64,000 bases of DNA from positions 1,116,001 to 1,180,000 of the forward strand of contig JAYWIR010000040.1 of NCBI GenBank assembly GCA_036172245.1. The letters run 5' to 3'. Shown here piece after piece: positions 25,201 to 39,361 of this stretch. Made by a program: the position numbers and the translations under genes. How positions within the stretch are numbered: position 1 is the first letter of the stretch; each line of letters begins with the position of its first letter. The stretch comes from Raillietiella orientalis (taxonomy: Eukaryota). The notes under the pieces were generated by a model that saw only the letters and a list, made by a program, of their open reading frames with translations, was not told the DNA's origin and ran no database searches.

Positions 25201-28200
25201 ACGTGGCACAAGAAGCTGCATGCAAGGGTGGCCTTCTTCCCTCCGAGGGGTGTGTAGATGTGTACCACCAGTGACGCGTTCCGGGAAGCAAGACGAACGC
25301 TTCCCTTGTGCGACCATCAGGCAGTTCGCCGAAAGTGGGGCCGATCCACGGGGTAGGGCTGCAGGACGGGAACACACGGGCCAACAGGAAGTCGCAGCCC
25401 AGGCCGCTCCAAGCTGCCAGCCTCTGCGGTGCAGCCCGGGGCAGCGCCGTCGATCCCGACGGACGTCGCGTGGGGGAAAGTGACGGGAAGCGGCGGCTCA
25501 CAGGCACCACTGTCCGGGAGGTTTTGCATCCCGTCGCGATCGGCAGAAAGCCTGAGGAACGAACCTAGCGGCGAAGTCAAGAAGCGCTCGGGTGCTGGGG
25601 AGGCGAGAGCGCATCGAAGGGGATGGAGGACGGCTTGGAAAAGAGACATCCGGCTCCAGGTCTGGGGGAGGAGGGAGCTCAGGAAGGGAGAGCGCCTCGC
25701 TCACTGCTCGGCACCCTGGCCAGAGCATGGGCCGCGTCCCGTCGCTGGGCGGCAGCAGTATCCGAAGCTCTTTGCCCTCGAAGGCTGGCAGCTTCTTGTC
25801 TTTCTGTCAGTTTCGGCCGAGCGGACCACCATCCGTGATGCTCACCCGGTCCACCGGCCCGCGAGCTCGGATCGACATCATTCTGGGAGCCGCCGACCAA
25901 ACTGCCCCGGTGGCAGAGAAGCCCCGCGTCTCGGGGCCGAAGGAAAAGGTCACCACAGCTCCGTCTCCCCTTGCTCTTGCAAATGCATGCTGGAGGCGTC
26001 GGAAGATTCGAGGCAGGAAAAGGAGAACCCGGTCCCTTCGCAGCACTCCGGGGGATCACAGCGGAATCTCGGGGGGATCGAAGCTTCCTGAGAATGGAGT
26101 GGAGGCTCCTCAGGAAGAAGGGGTCAGCGTCGTGCGACACCACCGTGGTGAATGGTGGGGGACCGGTGAAAGAAGTCCTGAGGACAAGGAACGGGAAGAA
26201 GAGCCATTTGCACAGGACACGAGGTCACCCTTTTCCCGAGCCTAAAGACGGGACCCCGCTACTCCTCCGTGGGCAAAGGTTGGGAGAGCCGAGCAGACTC
26301 TTGCACGTCCTTCAGGGAGCGCCTCGGAGAATGGACAGGCTAGCTAGGAATTCCCGGATTCCCGTGGGCGCGGCGTCTCCTCCAAGAGAGCCTCGGTGCA
26401 GCGCGGATGGAGGTCGTCTGACCCCGTGGGAGGGGTCTGCGGGGTGGCACGAACCCGTGCCCCGGGACGATGGCCCAGCTCTGCCGCCCGTTCCTTGTCC
26501 GCGGGGCTTCTTTAGCTGCGGACGAAGGCTCCGCGCTGACCAGTCCTGCTTCCTTCCTTGGCAACCGGACCGCCGAGGGCCGCTCGCTACCTTCCGTTTC
26601 TGCAGAGGACCCGAGGCGCTTCGGGCAGAGCCGGCTCGTCGTCTCCTGGTTACCGGAACGCAAGCGGCTACCGCTCCGGGCGCTTTCTCGCAGGGAGGAG
26701 CGCGCTGCCGCGTGACCTGCTCGCGAACCGCCGGTGGGAAGATAAGATGTCCGCTCCCGGGTCGGGGAAGGGTGCGAGGGAGCGAGGAATTCCTGGTATT
26801 CCGCGCCCCCGTGGCGACCGCGAGGCGGCGTCGCGCGGGAAACCGCTGAGATGGATGCCCGCCGCCCCAGCCGGTCGGCCGCCTCTCCCTTGTTCATCCC
26901 CGTCCCCTCACTCCGCCTTGCATCCGGCTGCCGCGATGCATGCGGCGCAGGCGGTCTCCGAGGATACCCGCCCTCCTCTCCTGCAGCCAGCGATCCGAGC
27001 CGAAAGGGCAGCGGGTCTTCCCGCGCGCGCGCGCGCCGTCCGGGACGCCAATCGGGAAGCGCGCGCGCCCTCTCGTGGCGAAGAGCTGGAGGGAAAGGGA
27101 GCTGCTGGGTGTACCGGGAGGGGTCGGTTCGTTGACCCCTGCCGCCGCCGCCGACCGGTGCAGCGGAAGCGCCGTGGGGCTCGCGCGTGAATCGGCGCTC
27201 TCTTCCCCGCTGGCGCACCCCGAGGTTCCCCAGACACATCCTCCTCCGTCCATGGGCGGATCCCCCCCGATTGAATCCTTCGGATTCTCCACCGGACCGC
27301 CGACGGCCGTCGGCGGCGCCGGGGCGGCCTCGCGCATTTCCGGCGAGAGGTCACCTCCGGCGCGCGGCACTCTCCACGTGACTCGGAACGACTTCCCGCC
27401 TTTCGCTGGGGGCGCGCGCTGTCCACGCGCACCCCCAGCGAGAGAGGAGCTCCAGCAGCCTCCCGGCCTCCTCGGTGCTTCCGACCCTCCTCCCGCTATG
27501 CCTCTTCCCGCCGCGCAGCCTCCCGGCCTTCCAGAGCTTTCTCTCACCCCTCCGAGGTCGTGGGACCCCCCCCTCCCAGCTTGTTTACCGCCAAGGTCGC
27601 TCAGTCCATCAGAGGTGGGGAAAGAGGAGGAGGAGGAGGCGGGGAGAATCGCGCTCAAGAGCCGCCTGTGCGGGACGCGTTCCGACTACCGGCTGGCAGC
27701 GCTTTTTCGCCTGCACGGTAAAGCTCCTCCTCCCTTCTCTGGGTCATGGGCCGCGGGATGCCGGAGGAAGCCCTTAATTCCCCCCCTCTACCTCCCGCCT
27801 CCAGCGGCAGGGAGCATCGGGAGAGAAATTTCTCCACATCCCCTACAGTGATCAGTCCTGGTCCACGCCTGAGGTGTTTCCGGCGTCTGGAGCGCCGGCG
27901 TGTATTAGGCAGGGCGACCACTCCCCCACCCATTTGGCGCTTTGGGAGCTTCCGCCGCTGCCTCTGGAAGAGAAAAGCGAACAATCCAGGAGGAGGGACA
28001 GAGAGAGGGGGTGGTGGGGTGGAGGGGGAGGAGACGCTCTGGAGCATGCAGCCAAAGGACCGGAAGGATCCCTCCCTTGACCAGCAGCTCCGGCAGTTAC
28101 CGAGCGGAGCTCCGGAGCTCACCGCTGGCTCCACCACCCTCCCATGCTTTTGCACAGGCTGTATTGTACGCGCGGCTTCCCCGAGCTGCTCTTACGCTCC

Positions 28201-31200
28201 CTGGAGAAAACCCCTCCGGCTTCCTCCTCCCCCTCCTTTTGCAGGCTGCCGCGCGCACGCGCGCTACCTGGCGACGCAGCCTCCGCGCGCGCAGGTCGCG
28301 TTTCTTCTCGCGTCATCCGGCAGCCGCGTCTGCCTGAGGGAGCCGGCAACCGACGTGACGCAAGGGGGCGCTTTCGTCGAGGGCGAGGGTACCGTAGGGG
28401 CGCGCGCTAGGAGGGAGGGGGAGTGAAAAAAGCAACGGTGCGGGATCGCGCCCGCGAATCCCGCGTGTTGGCGGGCGCGGCGGAGTCGAGTCGGAGAGCT
28501 CGGCAGCGGCGATGGTCTCCGGGGGAGGGGAGGAGGAAAAGGAGGAGGAAGGGAGGAGCAGGAGGAGAAAGAGAGGAGGAGGAGAAAAGGAGGAAGACGA
28601 GGAGGGAGGAGGGAAAGAGAGGAAGAAAGGAGGAGGACAGCCGATCCTCGCCGAGAGGAAGCAGAAGCGGACCCTCCGCTTTGCGGGAGTTTTCCTGACT
28701 CCCCGCAGATTCCCGCCAGCGAACGGCGCCGCTGCTGCCCCCTGAAAACTCTGGACCCTTGCAGAGAAGACGAGCCGTTCCTCCTTTCATCCCTGCTCCC
28801 TCAATAAGGGCAGGAAAGGGGCTGGAGACAGGGGGATATTCGCCAACTCTTCATTCCCCGGAGGGCCTCTCGGCCTTGGCCGCTGCACTAACCGGGCGAC
28901 CCCGGTGCCGGACTCTACCGCCACCACCCAAGTGTCTGGATGGGTTCTGGGCACTCCAGAACGGTCCAGCAGTTTCCTGTAGCAGAAGAAGGGAGAGGAA
29001 GAGTGAGAGTAGGGGAAGGGTGAGAGTGAGTGGTAAGGCGCTGAGATCACCGGCTGCTCGCTAGGGCGTTTCCTCCTCCTCCCACCGGCGACCTTCCGGC
29101 GCTGCAGCAAAACGCGTCTTCGCCGAGGAAATGCAGCTGCGCATGCCAACAACCGGTCTGGCTGTCCCCCACCCAATTCCTTCCCTTTCGCGACCCACTT
29201 TCCCTTGAAACCGGCTACTCCAGAGCTGCCGCTGCTGAGAACCAGGAGAGTCCGGGAGTTCCTTTTTCCTGCCCCATCCGAGATCCTTCCGCTGCCGCCG
29301 GTCTCCAGCAGCAACTGGAGCCTCCAGCTGCACCCTGTGAAGCCCATTCCCATTCTTCCTCCTTCTCCTTTGTCCAGCGTCTGTGTCGGGGCATCCGGGA
29401 ATGGAGGGGCGCTCGCCGAGCGCGGCAGGTCCCTCTCGTTCTTGCAGGAGGGCCGGCGTTGCGCGCGCGGCACTTTCGTTCGCTGTCCGGGAGGGAGCGG
29501 AGGCTGGGGGGGGGGGGATGACCTACCACGGTGGAGCTGCTGCTGCTGCTGCCGTCTGCCCCAATGGAAGGGGAAGGAAGGGTGCTCCGCCGATCTTCCT
29601 CGAGCAGCAAGGAGGAAGCTGCAGAGACGCAGCGGCGGAAGAAGGAGGGGAGGGGCGACTTTGCCCACGGGAATGGTGGCGTCGAAGCGAAGTCCTGCGT
29701 CTCCGGGGTGCAGCACCCCACCGTAAGACCCCGCTCCGGTTCCTTCGCGCCTCAGCCGCTCGCTCGGCGGGGAAGCGCGCTGATTGGCCGGTTTGAATGC
29801 CGCGGCGAACCGAAGCGCGGCGTGGCTCGTTCGAGGAGCAGCGCTCGGAAGCGGAAGACGGGGGCGGCTGCGGAGGAATGCTGGAAATCATCGCCCGCCG
29901 GCGCGCGAAAGGGGGTGTCGCGCGGGCTGACGGGAGAACCCGGGAAGCAGGATCCTGGACTCGGCAGGAGACCGAACCGGGCGAAGACGCCCGACCTTCC
30001 GGGAGGCGTGGAAAAGATGGAAGAGGGATCAGGGAAGCGAACCCCTTTCCGGAAAGCGCGCGGGATCGGGACCGCTGTCACGGGACAGATGGTCCAGCCG
30101 GAAAAAAGGATGGGGTGGAGACGGGAGCAGGAAGGTTGCAAGGAGAAGGCGATTCAGCCTCCCCGGGAGCGGATCCCTCCGTACCAGGAGTGCGCGGGAT
30201 TAGCTCCTCGGGAGAGGTCACCCGGTCTCTGATGCGCCTCCGCTCAGGTGGGTGACGTCACGGATCTTCTTCGCTCCTTCTGCCCAGGAGGCTCCTGGTT
30301 CCACCTCCTCCTTCACGGGAAACCCTTCGCGCCCTTGGGGCCTCGGAAGACGAGAGCGACCAGGTGATCTCCAGCAGCCGCCTCCTTCTAACTCCTTGCC
30401 GCCGCGCGCACCCGCCCATCCCAGGAGGAGGGGGTATTCGGCGGAAGAGACAGCAGGGGCGGGGGGGTAGGAGGAAGCTGGGACAAGCGCGTGCATTGCC
30501 ATCCAGCGGCGCGAAGAATAGAGAACGAGAGCGCACGCGAAGCTGTCGCCGCCGCAGCCGTCTCCATGCCAACGCGTTTCAGCCGACAGTCGGCGAAAAC
30601 GAAGAGTTCTTCCCTCCCCCCCCCCCCCTTCCTTATTCTATTCCACTTTCGCTTCGTCTCCATGGTTTTTCTCACCTTGCGGCTGCATCGATGCTCCACC
30701 GCTTCGCCTCGTGGCGGCGCCACATTTTCGCCAATCGTGACGGCAGCTCCTGACCAGAAAGGGCGGACCTATGGGAGAAGACGCGTTCCTGCAGAAACAG
30801 TCATCTCCCTGCCACTCTCCCGCTGCAACGAAGATTGGATTTCAGCGCGTGTGGGAGCGAGATAAAACCAAAGAAAGAAAGAAAAGAGGGGGGGAGCAAG
30901 AATAATAAAGACGGGAACGAAGAAGCTGCTTGTGCTGCTGCACAAATGTGCAGCAGCCTCGCCTCGGACTCAAGCCATCCGACCGAGCAGCAAATGTGCT
31001 CTTCTTGAGGCCGGCTGTCTGCCGGCTGAGCGGGAGCCGAGCGCGCGTGCGCCGGCGGCGTGCGGTAAGGGCGAAGGGCGCGCACCTACTCGCGAGAGGA
31101 GCGCCAGCCCGACCCGCGCGGAACTCGGGCCGACGCCATCGTCGCTTCCGATGCCGTCCGGCGCAGGCCGTTGCATCGAAGGGCTCAAGCAGTCCCTTGC

Positions 31201-34200
31201 CTCCTCCAAACCGATCTCTTCTCCATCTCTCCCCCCCCCAACTCTCTCTCTCTCTTTGAATGAGGAAGAATGAAGGAGCAACCGGCTGGAAAGCAGGCGT
31301 TTCCACTTCTTTCAACCCACACCGTGGAACTGCGTGCCTTTCTTTCGCGTCGTCTTCTTCAAACGGCGCTCCCGAGAGGCATTACCTCCCGCGGGTGTGG
31401 TGACCCACACCCTCCTCCGCCCCGCTGCTCTTCCGGTGCACAACCTCCCTCCCGCCCCTTCCTTCTCAAACACGGGCGGCTGCTGCTGACCTCGGCTTCC
31501 CTGGTCTTCCTGCCGGTCGAGTTGTCGCTGCAACGGGAGAGCGACTTCGTTAGCTTTGGATCCCAGACCTCCCCGCCTTCCGCCTCTGAGCGTTGCTGCT
31601 GCTTTCCTGCCGGTTGACATCCTTGGAAATGCGCTGGGCGCGGGGGGGCTCCCCGGTCACAACGTCTGCTCCTCCGTGCGATGCGGGATGTTTGACTGCG
31701 AGATCGGCAATCTATCTGGAGTTTGCCGACGCGCGGCGGCGCTCCCCACTAGCAGCTGCCGCCCGAGTCGACAAAGCGCGGCGAGCTGCCGTATGGAAGC
31801 TGCGAAAGTTCGATGACATGCTGGGTGGCGGTAACGGCGGGCATCGGAGAAAGCGGACTTGGCCGTGCCCGCTCGCGGCGTGGATCCACGGGTCGACTCG
31901 CGAGCGCCGGATGGCATCCGCGGACCGAGAGAGATTGGGAAAATGGGCCGGGGTTCGCGGAGGAATCTCGCCCTCGGGCCCGCGAGGTGTCCCCGAGGTG
32001 TGGGCCGAAGCCGGCTCTCGCACGGGGTCGGTGCGGCCTTCGAGACCCTGCTCTTGAGCCCATCTCGAGCATTCCAGGGAGAGATCGGCGCGCGCGGCTC
32101 CTCAGAGCCATGCTGCCGTCGCCCAGCCCCCTCTTCAGCTGGCACACTAGAAACGGAAAGAAAGAAAAAAGGACAGAACGTCCTGGAGCAGCAGCGCTGT
32201 GGGCCGAGAACCGTATCGACGGAGCCGGCTGAAATGGCGTGCGGGGAGCGCTGCAACTCAGGCGAGCTTTGGTCATGTGATCGCATCGATTTTCCCCGAT
32301 GGCGGGCAGCAGCTGCGCCCAGAAAAACTTGCACCGGATCGTGGAGGCAGAAGATTACCGAAACTGAAAGTGGTTTTAGAAAATCAGCAGCGAAACCTAC
32401 GATCCAGGGTCGGATGAGGGGAGCGATGGGCGCCGCGATCGAAGCGTGGGGAGGGAGTGGCTGGCGCAGCAACAGCAAAAAAAAATATCGCTCGGTCCCA
32501 CGTTCAGACGCTCGGGCTCCGGGGAACGGAGGAAGGTGGGGTGGGGTACCCCTGGGAACGAGGAAAGACCAGAGGGGCGCACCGTGGGGACGGACTTGGT
32601 TGAAAACGCCGCTGTCGCCTCACGGAGGGGGAGGAGGAGGAGGCGAAAGCGTGGCTTCCCCGCACGATCACCTTGCCCGTAGCAACCACGCAAACGTTTT
32701 GTTCTTTCCGGATTTTCGCGGCTGTCGCCGACGCCGCCTTTTTCGCCGCAAACCAGCAATGCGAAATCTCCAGCAGCAGTACCAAAGGCGATCCAGTCGC
32801 GCGGATGACGCGAAGGAATCTTCCGGGAGCGAAAGAAAACGTCCCGTGCAGCGGCATCGTAGCAGGGATAGCTAGGAAAGCTTTGGAGCCGACTGGGGTC
32901 CAGACGGGCGGGGAAAGGAAGCCGACGGTAGGCACCGGGCTCGAATCAAAGCCTGGGAGGTCTGGCACAGGCTGGGAGCGGGGGGGAAGGGGGAGAGACG
33001 GGACCGACTGGCGGACTGCGAAGAGATAATAACACTTTGGAAAGGGGAGAAAGGGGGGGGGGGAGAGAGAGAGAGAAGGGTGGCGAAAGCCTGAGTCGAG
33101 CACGGGTGGAATCTACCTGCGGTTGAGTGCGCTTGCTCATCATCAGCGAACCCCCCGCCTTCCTTGCCGCTGTTGTTGCTTTGACCCCGGACGGAGGTGA
33201 TGGAGGAAGTTGCGATTTCGGGTCCCCTGCTCGAGCTGGGAGCATCCCCCACTGCGGCCCGGTGGAATTCCCCGGCTCGCCGCCGCCGCATGCTCGGGTC
33301 GAGGAGCTTCTCGTGCAGGCGGCGGCGGCGGCGGCGGCGGAAGACCTTGCGTCGGAAGACGGGAGTGGAATCGCTCGCCACGAGAGCGCACGAAGGTCTC
33401 CCCTTGGCTTTGCACGGTGGAGGCAAACGACCGTAACTGGAAGTCGCATTTACGTGCACGACAGAAAGGCCACAGTGCTCAGTGCTTTAATTTGTCCGTC
33501 GGCTTCAAACACTCCGCGACAGAATCAACCCCGAAAAGAATCGACGCGTTTTCATTATATGCAAATTCTCTCCAACGTCTTTTTGTCTCTCTGTCTCTCT
33601 CTCCCTCTCTCCTCCTTCTTCTTCTTCCTCTCCCTCCCTCTCTCCTTCCCACCTAGGATTCTTTGCCACTCTGCGTTTTTCGGTGTGCGAGTGTGGGCGA
33701 AAACCTCTCCTTCCTGCGAATTTTCGATGTAAAACACGAATCCAGTCGACAATGGCGCGTAATTATTCCACGGCAACGCGGCCATGGTGGTTGTCGTGGA
33801 AACGGCTTCAAACAGATTTTTTTCCTTCTCTTTCAATTGGTGAACAGGAACGGGCAGTGTGCCTTGAACACATACACACATACACACACACACACGCACA
33901 AAAAAAAAAGCAGTTGCCGATTCGTGCAACGAACTCGTTTTTTTTTTTTTTGTTTTCTTTCTTCTCTCTCTCTCTCTCTGTCTCCTTCCCCCCCCCTCCC
34001 AAGATAACATTTTGATATGAATGCAAAGAAAAAAAAAGGTGAGCAGCAGCAGCAGGCTGAGCGGAACTTTCTGCGAGATTGGCTTGGTTTTCACGGGCAG
34101 CAGTCTTCTTCGCAAGCAGCATTTTCGCCCAAACAGCCCGAAGTTTGGCATGAGAAGGCGAGTCATCCCGCAAAATCGAATCGTCGAAATTTCGAAAATT

Positions 34201-37200
34201 CATCGCGGGGGCATGGAAAAAAAAAGGAGGAGGAGGAAGAAGAAGAAGGAGAAGAAGAAGAAGGGGGGGGGGGGGAACCCGCCCCAACAGCACATATGTT
34301 TGCGCGCCACGAGTCCTGCTCTATGAGTCGAACAAAGCGAACGATCATGTGCACTATCTATGGCAACCACTGCCTTGATAGGGATGCAAGTGATTTCCAT
34401 CTCTTTATTTTCGCTAACGATTGCTGCTGTCTGCGGACAATGCGCTGTTTCTGCCTTTGGCAAAGGGGAGGCAGCATTTGCAGACAGCAGCAGCGTGCCT
34501 CGCTGGATGATGCCAGTTCGCTCGCATCCCAGCATGTACCGATTTCGTTCGCTGTACTGGATGCACAAGCCGCGGAGCGGGATTTCTTCTTCTTCCTCTT
34601 CTGCATCTCGTGTACAAGCAGGCGAACGTTTCTAATGAGTTCCAGCTGTCCAAAGGAAAGCGTCAAGCAAAGAGCGAACGCTAAGAAAGCACTCTTCAGC
34701 TGGCAGCTAAAAAATGTGCAAGCATTTCTTTTTCCTTTTTTTTTTTCTTTGTGCCGTTCGGGAAAGTTCGCATTCGAATAAACCCCTTAATTAACTGTAG
34801 GCTAGCACCCGCTTACACTGTACAGAGGAGAATCCACCGTGGCTTCAGAGGGTCAGAATTTCGGCTCGCCGACGATCTGTCGATGGCGGCGAAAGTCACG
34901 GCCGCGAGGTGAGGGGGGGAGGGGGGCTGCACGCCTTCGCACGGGGCACCACCGGTGTGCTTCTTCTTTCTTTCTTCCTTTTTTTTCTCTCCCCTGCTCC
35001 GCCCTACGGCGTGCAATGCGGGAACACGTCCCTCGCGAACGTGTTCCCGTGCACACACTGCCGTTCCTGCATTGTTGCGCTCTCCCGTGGCTGGGACGGA
35101 GCGGGGGACAGGCAAACGGGCGGTCGCCATGGAGAAAGCCCGCACTGCGCGCATCTTGCAGGGTGTGTGTGTGTTTTTTTTAGAAGACTGCGCTACCGTT
35201 TCGTCCGTCCGCTCGCACACGTTTTGTTTTCGGCCATGGGAACGGGAGAAGAAGAAGAAGAAGAAAGAAAAAAAAAAAAAACTCACGGTGGCACGGAACA
35301 CGGTTTGCGGGAATGGAGCGAAGAAAGAACAGACACCTCCTCCTCCCTTGGATTGTCCCCCCCCCCCCCCCCCAACGGAGACGTGCGTGCCGGCTAGAGG
35401 AGAGTGTTCCTCCTCCCTCGCCCTCCCCTCCCAAGTGCATCATCGTTAGCGCGGCGAAGAGCCCAGAACCAGTCGCGACAACCCACGTGAAGGGAGAAAT
35501 CTTAGGATAAGAAGGATGATTCTGGGAAGCGCCGATCGTGGAGGCCGTGAAGGGAGAGCAGCCGGGGGCGAGGTGAGGAGACTCTCTAAGGGCGCGCGCT
35601 CGATACCTGCCGATATGTGGGACGGGGAGGCGGCGGCGGGAAAACACCCCCGCTATCTCGACACCAGAAGCCGTCCTCGGAAGCGTTCTTTCCAGAGAGC
35701 ACCTGCGAACCCTCCCTCGCACGTGGAGCGGCTCGCGCGCGCGCTTGGGTTGCCTCCCGTAGCTTCCCCGAAGAGAACCAGGACAGCGAAAGCAACGAGT
35801 CGCTCGCATCCCATGCCATCCCAGTTTCTCTACCCCCTCCCTCCCCCCCCCCCTCCGTCTCCGTTCCTCGCGCTCTCGGAACTCGCGGGAGGGAGAAAAA
35901 AAATTGCCATCTTGGCCGGGAGAGGCGCGCGAGGTGCAACGCTCGAGAGGCGGGAAACGCACGTTTGTGCGCGAAAACTCCCGCAGGCGCGAGTCGGCAG
36001 TGTGGGTTCCAAGCCCGTCCATCTGGTCCCTGGGGATCGGCAGAGGCTTGCGCTGCGGGGATGAGGGGTAGCGAAGGGGTCGCCAGAAGAGGGAAGGCAG
36101 GGGAGGTAACGTCGCACCGACCGGGACGAAATGTCCTCCGCTCCTACTCTGGGGAACCGACCTCGAGTGGAACCGCTGAATCCCTTTCCTCCCACTTTCC
36201 AGAAAGAGCGGGATCCTGGATCTGCGGCCGCCTTTCTCCTCTTCTACCTCCCTCCCTGCTCCTTCTCTCTGCTCGGTTGTACGGAGCAACGCATCCTCTG
36301 GCTCAGATGCCACGGGAGGCTCCGGCGTTGGGAGAGAAGGAGGAAGACCCCCTTGAGCCCCGCACTGCCTAAGGGCAAGGTCTCTGCCTTACCTTGAGCC
36401 CGATGAGGGAAGGGGTGACCTCTCCGTGCCCGGCAACTCTCCCTCTCAGGCAACGGAGCTCCTTGCTGTGGAGGCGACGCCCGAATCCTCCTCCCCAACG
36501 CACGCTCCCTCTGTGCTCCGCTTCCGAGAGGAAGAATGGGACAGAGTGGGAACAAACGAATGCCCGAACGAATGGGAGAGAGGTCAACGTCCAGACCCCC
36601 CCACACACACAAACCCGTTTTCAGGCGTAAAGGAAAGACAGGCAGCGAGTGGGGAGGACCCGTAACCAGGAGCCGGAGGCCATACCCGGAAACACTGGTT
36701 CTTCCCCCAGAAAGGAGAAGGGGATGAGGTACCGAAGAGGAAGGACGGCGGCCGAAGATCCGCAGGACCGAGTGACCTCCCTAAGAGTGCGGTTCCCCCC
36801 CCCCCTCTCCCTCACCTCCTGGAACTTTCTGCGCCAAGAGTGCCTTCACGCGCTCCCCCCCCACCTACGCGGTCACCTTCTCCACCCAGCCTGCCCCTTA
36901 CCCGAGCAAAGGCTCAGCCGATCGGCGGGAAAGAGGACACGTAGGTGCGCCACCAAGCGGCGCACGCCATCGCCGGTCGGCCAACAGGGGGGAAAAGGGC
37001 GGCTGCCGGGGACGATGCGACTCATCGGGTGGCCGAAGCCTCCTGGAAGCCCCCTCTTCCTCGTGACCAACCCTCCTTCCAGAAAGGGGACCCCAACAGG
37101 AAATTGGGACGAAAAAAAAAACAGTCCGGGAGTGGAAGGTGGAGGAAGGGAGGGGAGAACGTGGGACGGGGTGGAGACGGGGCCGAGGGAATGCGCGCGT

Positions 37201-38798
37201 GTAAAGCGGAGGGGCCAAGGACGCCCGACGCCCCACTCGGATGGTTTCGAAGCGGAGGGATGGTGCGAGTCGCTTTGATCGGCTAAAAGGAAAGACAGGG
37301 GGTGAGTAGTGGAAGGAAACTCCGAGGAGCAGGAAAAGCTGCGTAGCAAGGGAGGGCAGATCCTCGAAATCCATGGATGCTGCTGCTGCGCACTCCTCTC
37401 CCCCCCCCCCCCCGAGTCTTCCGCTCCGCAGACGTCTCCGGAAGGGTCCGGAGGCCGTAACTTTTACTTTCGCTCCCTCCTTTCTCCAGAATGCGCATAG
37501 GCCGTCTTGGATCAGGGATCACTCCCCCGTGGCCAGACCTTGGTCCTCTTGAGGACCCGCTAAGAACCTCTCCCCTGGCTGCTCGGGTGCTGCCGCCGAA
37601 ACCCGGAGATCTTCCCTCTGCGTGCGCGCGAAGCGCACTCAAGGTCGGGATTTCTCGGGAGAACCAGCCGGAGAGGAGGATGGAGGCAGAGAGCGAGGGT
37701 TCGCGACATCATCCTGCGACTGGAACAGGGAACTTCGGCTTTCCAGCGGGAGATGCAAAGCAAGAAAGAGCACATCCAGCCACGCATGCGCGCATAAGCA
37801 GAAGACGACGGAAAGTGTCTCAGCAAGAGAGGCGGCTTCTGCGGTTCCGAAGGGGGTCCAGAAGTCAGCAGCAGCGACGCTGGTTGCGCGGCGACGATCG
37901 AGAAGCGGCGAGTGCGCGCCACTCCCGTCGCCAGCATCGCGGCGGATCTTAACCATCACGTCGTTTGCTATCGCAACGGAATGCAGCAGCTGCAGCTGGA
38001 ATGAAAGCAGCATGCAGAACAGGCTTCCTCCTCCCCTCCCCGTTTTCTTTTTTTTTCTTCGTTTCTTCTCTTTCTCTTCCTCCCCTCAAAAAGGCGCGTT
38101 GTGGCGGCTCCGGCAACGGCGGGATGCGCCGGTGCGCGGCAAACGCCCCCCCCCCCCTTCAGCCACGTGCTGCACCTCACGGTTGAAAATAAAATGAAGC
38201 CAAAGCTTCGTTGATTGGAAAAAAAAAAAAAAAGGAAAAGAAAAAGAATGGCATTGTTGCGAGCGTTGCCACGGAAACCTTCGTACTGCACGGCTGCGCA
38301 TGCTAAAAACGGAAACCATCGCGTAGGGTCACGGAGGCGCACGAGCCGCGCGAGTTTCCCCGAATTTCCTCTGATCGCGCGCTCCAGTGGGCATCCCAGG
38401 GGAGGGGAACGACCATTTCCTTGGAGCCGTCCAGGACGACTTCCGGATGCTCGCCAAATGAGGGCAGGCGTTCCCTGCCCGCTCGGACGGAACGGCACCC
38501 GGGCCTCTTCGAGTTTCGCGCCGCTACTTTCAGGACACGCCTCGCGATGCCTTTCTTTCTTCCTTCGTCTTCTCCTGAAAGATCTCACGGTATCCAAGGA
38601 GGCGGAAGTGGCTACGAGTCGGCACATCCGGCCACGAGGCAAACATCCTTCCCGGCGCGGGAAATCTCCCCGATGCCCACTTAAGTGCCGCGCGAGCCCT
38701 TTGCTTGTGTCACCTGAGCTCAGCTGGGCCCTCTGGCTCGCCAAACGGTTCCTCCGAATAAACTGTGCCAGGGCTCTCTACTAATCATGCAATATACC

Positions 38799-38804
38799 TT
38801 TAAT
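38799..38804 (-). terminator. Probable polyadenylation signal (ATTAAA) of Cdc25
   Basis: ATTAAA on the minus strand at the end of a U-rich tract, ~560 nt past the stop, just before the sequence returns to GC-rich. Confidence 0.5.
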
Positions 38805-39361
38805 ACAAAATAAAGGAGAAAAGCAAAAAAATAAGCAAAAAAATTTTTTTTTTTCCTTTTCAAAAATAAGATCAGCAAAGATGACGGCGGCACTCCTGCG
38901 CGGTCTTAAGAAACACTTGGTCAGTTGTACGGGACGAAGGGTCACAGGGTTCCTAACGGGGATACGAGTCGGGCCGGCTGGTTGACGGCTAAGAGACATC
39001 AAAAATCGTACGGGCAGTGGTAGCACTCCAGGGGCCACATCCTCCGACGTGGGACCACACACAACGCGGATTTACTTTCTCATCGTTTCGACAATTAAGA
39101 GCTTTCCCCTTTCTGAGGATCACACACACACACACGTACATATATATATATATATCTATATATATATCACATCTGAAAGCTGTCCCTTCCCAAAACATGA
39201 CACCAGCATCAAGGTACAAAAAAGACTATTCTCGAGCTTTTATGCTCTTCCATCTTCAAACATTGCTTTAAAAAAATAAAAAAAATAAAAAAGTGGGAAG
39301 GGAGGAGGAGAGCAGCCCCAAGGATGGAAGGGGAAGGGAGGGGGGGGGGGAGGACAGAAGG

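Noticed and set aside
34345..34392. Imperfect hairpin containing TGCACTATCT, partly similar to miR-277
   Set aside because: The seed and 3' half do not match the mature miRNA as I recall it, and the stem is short and bulged.
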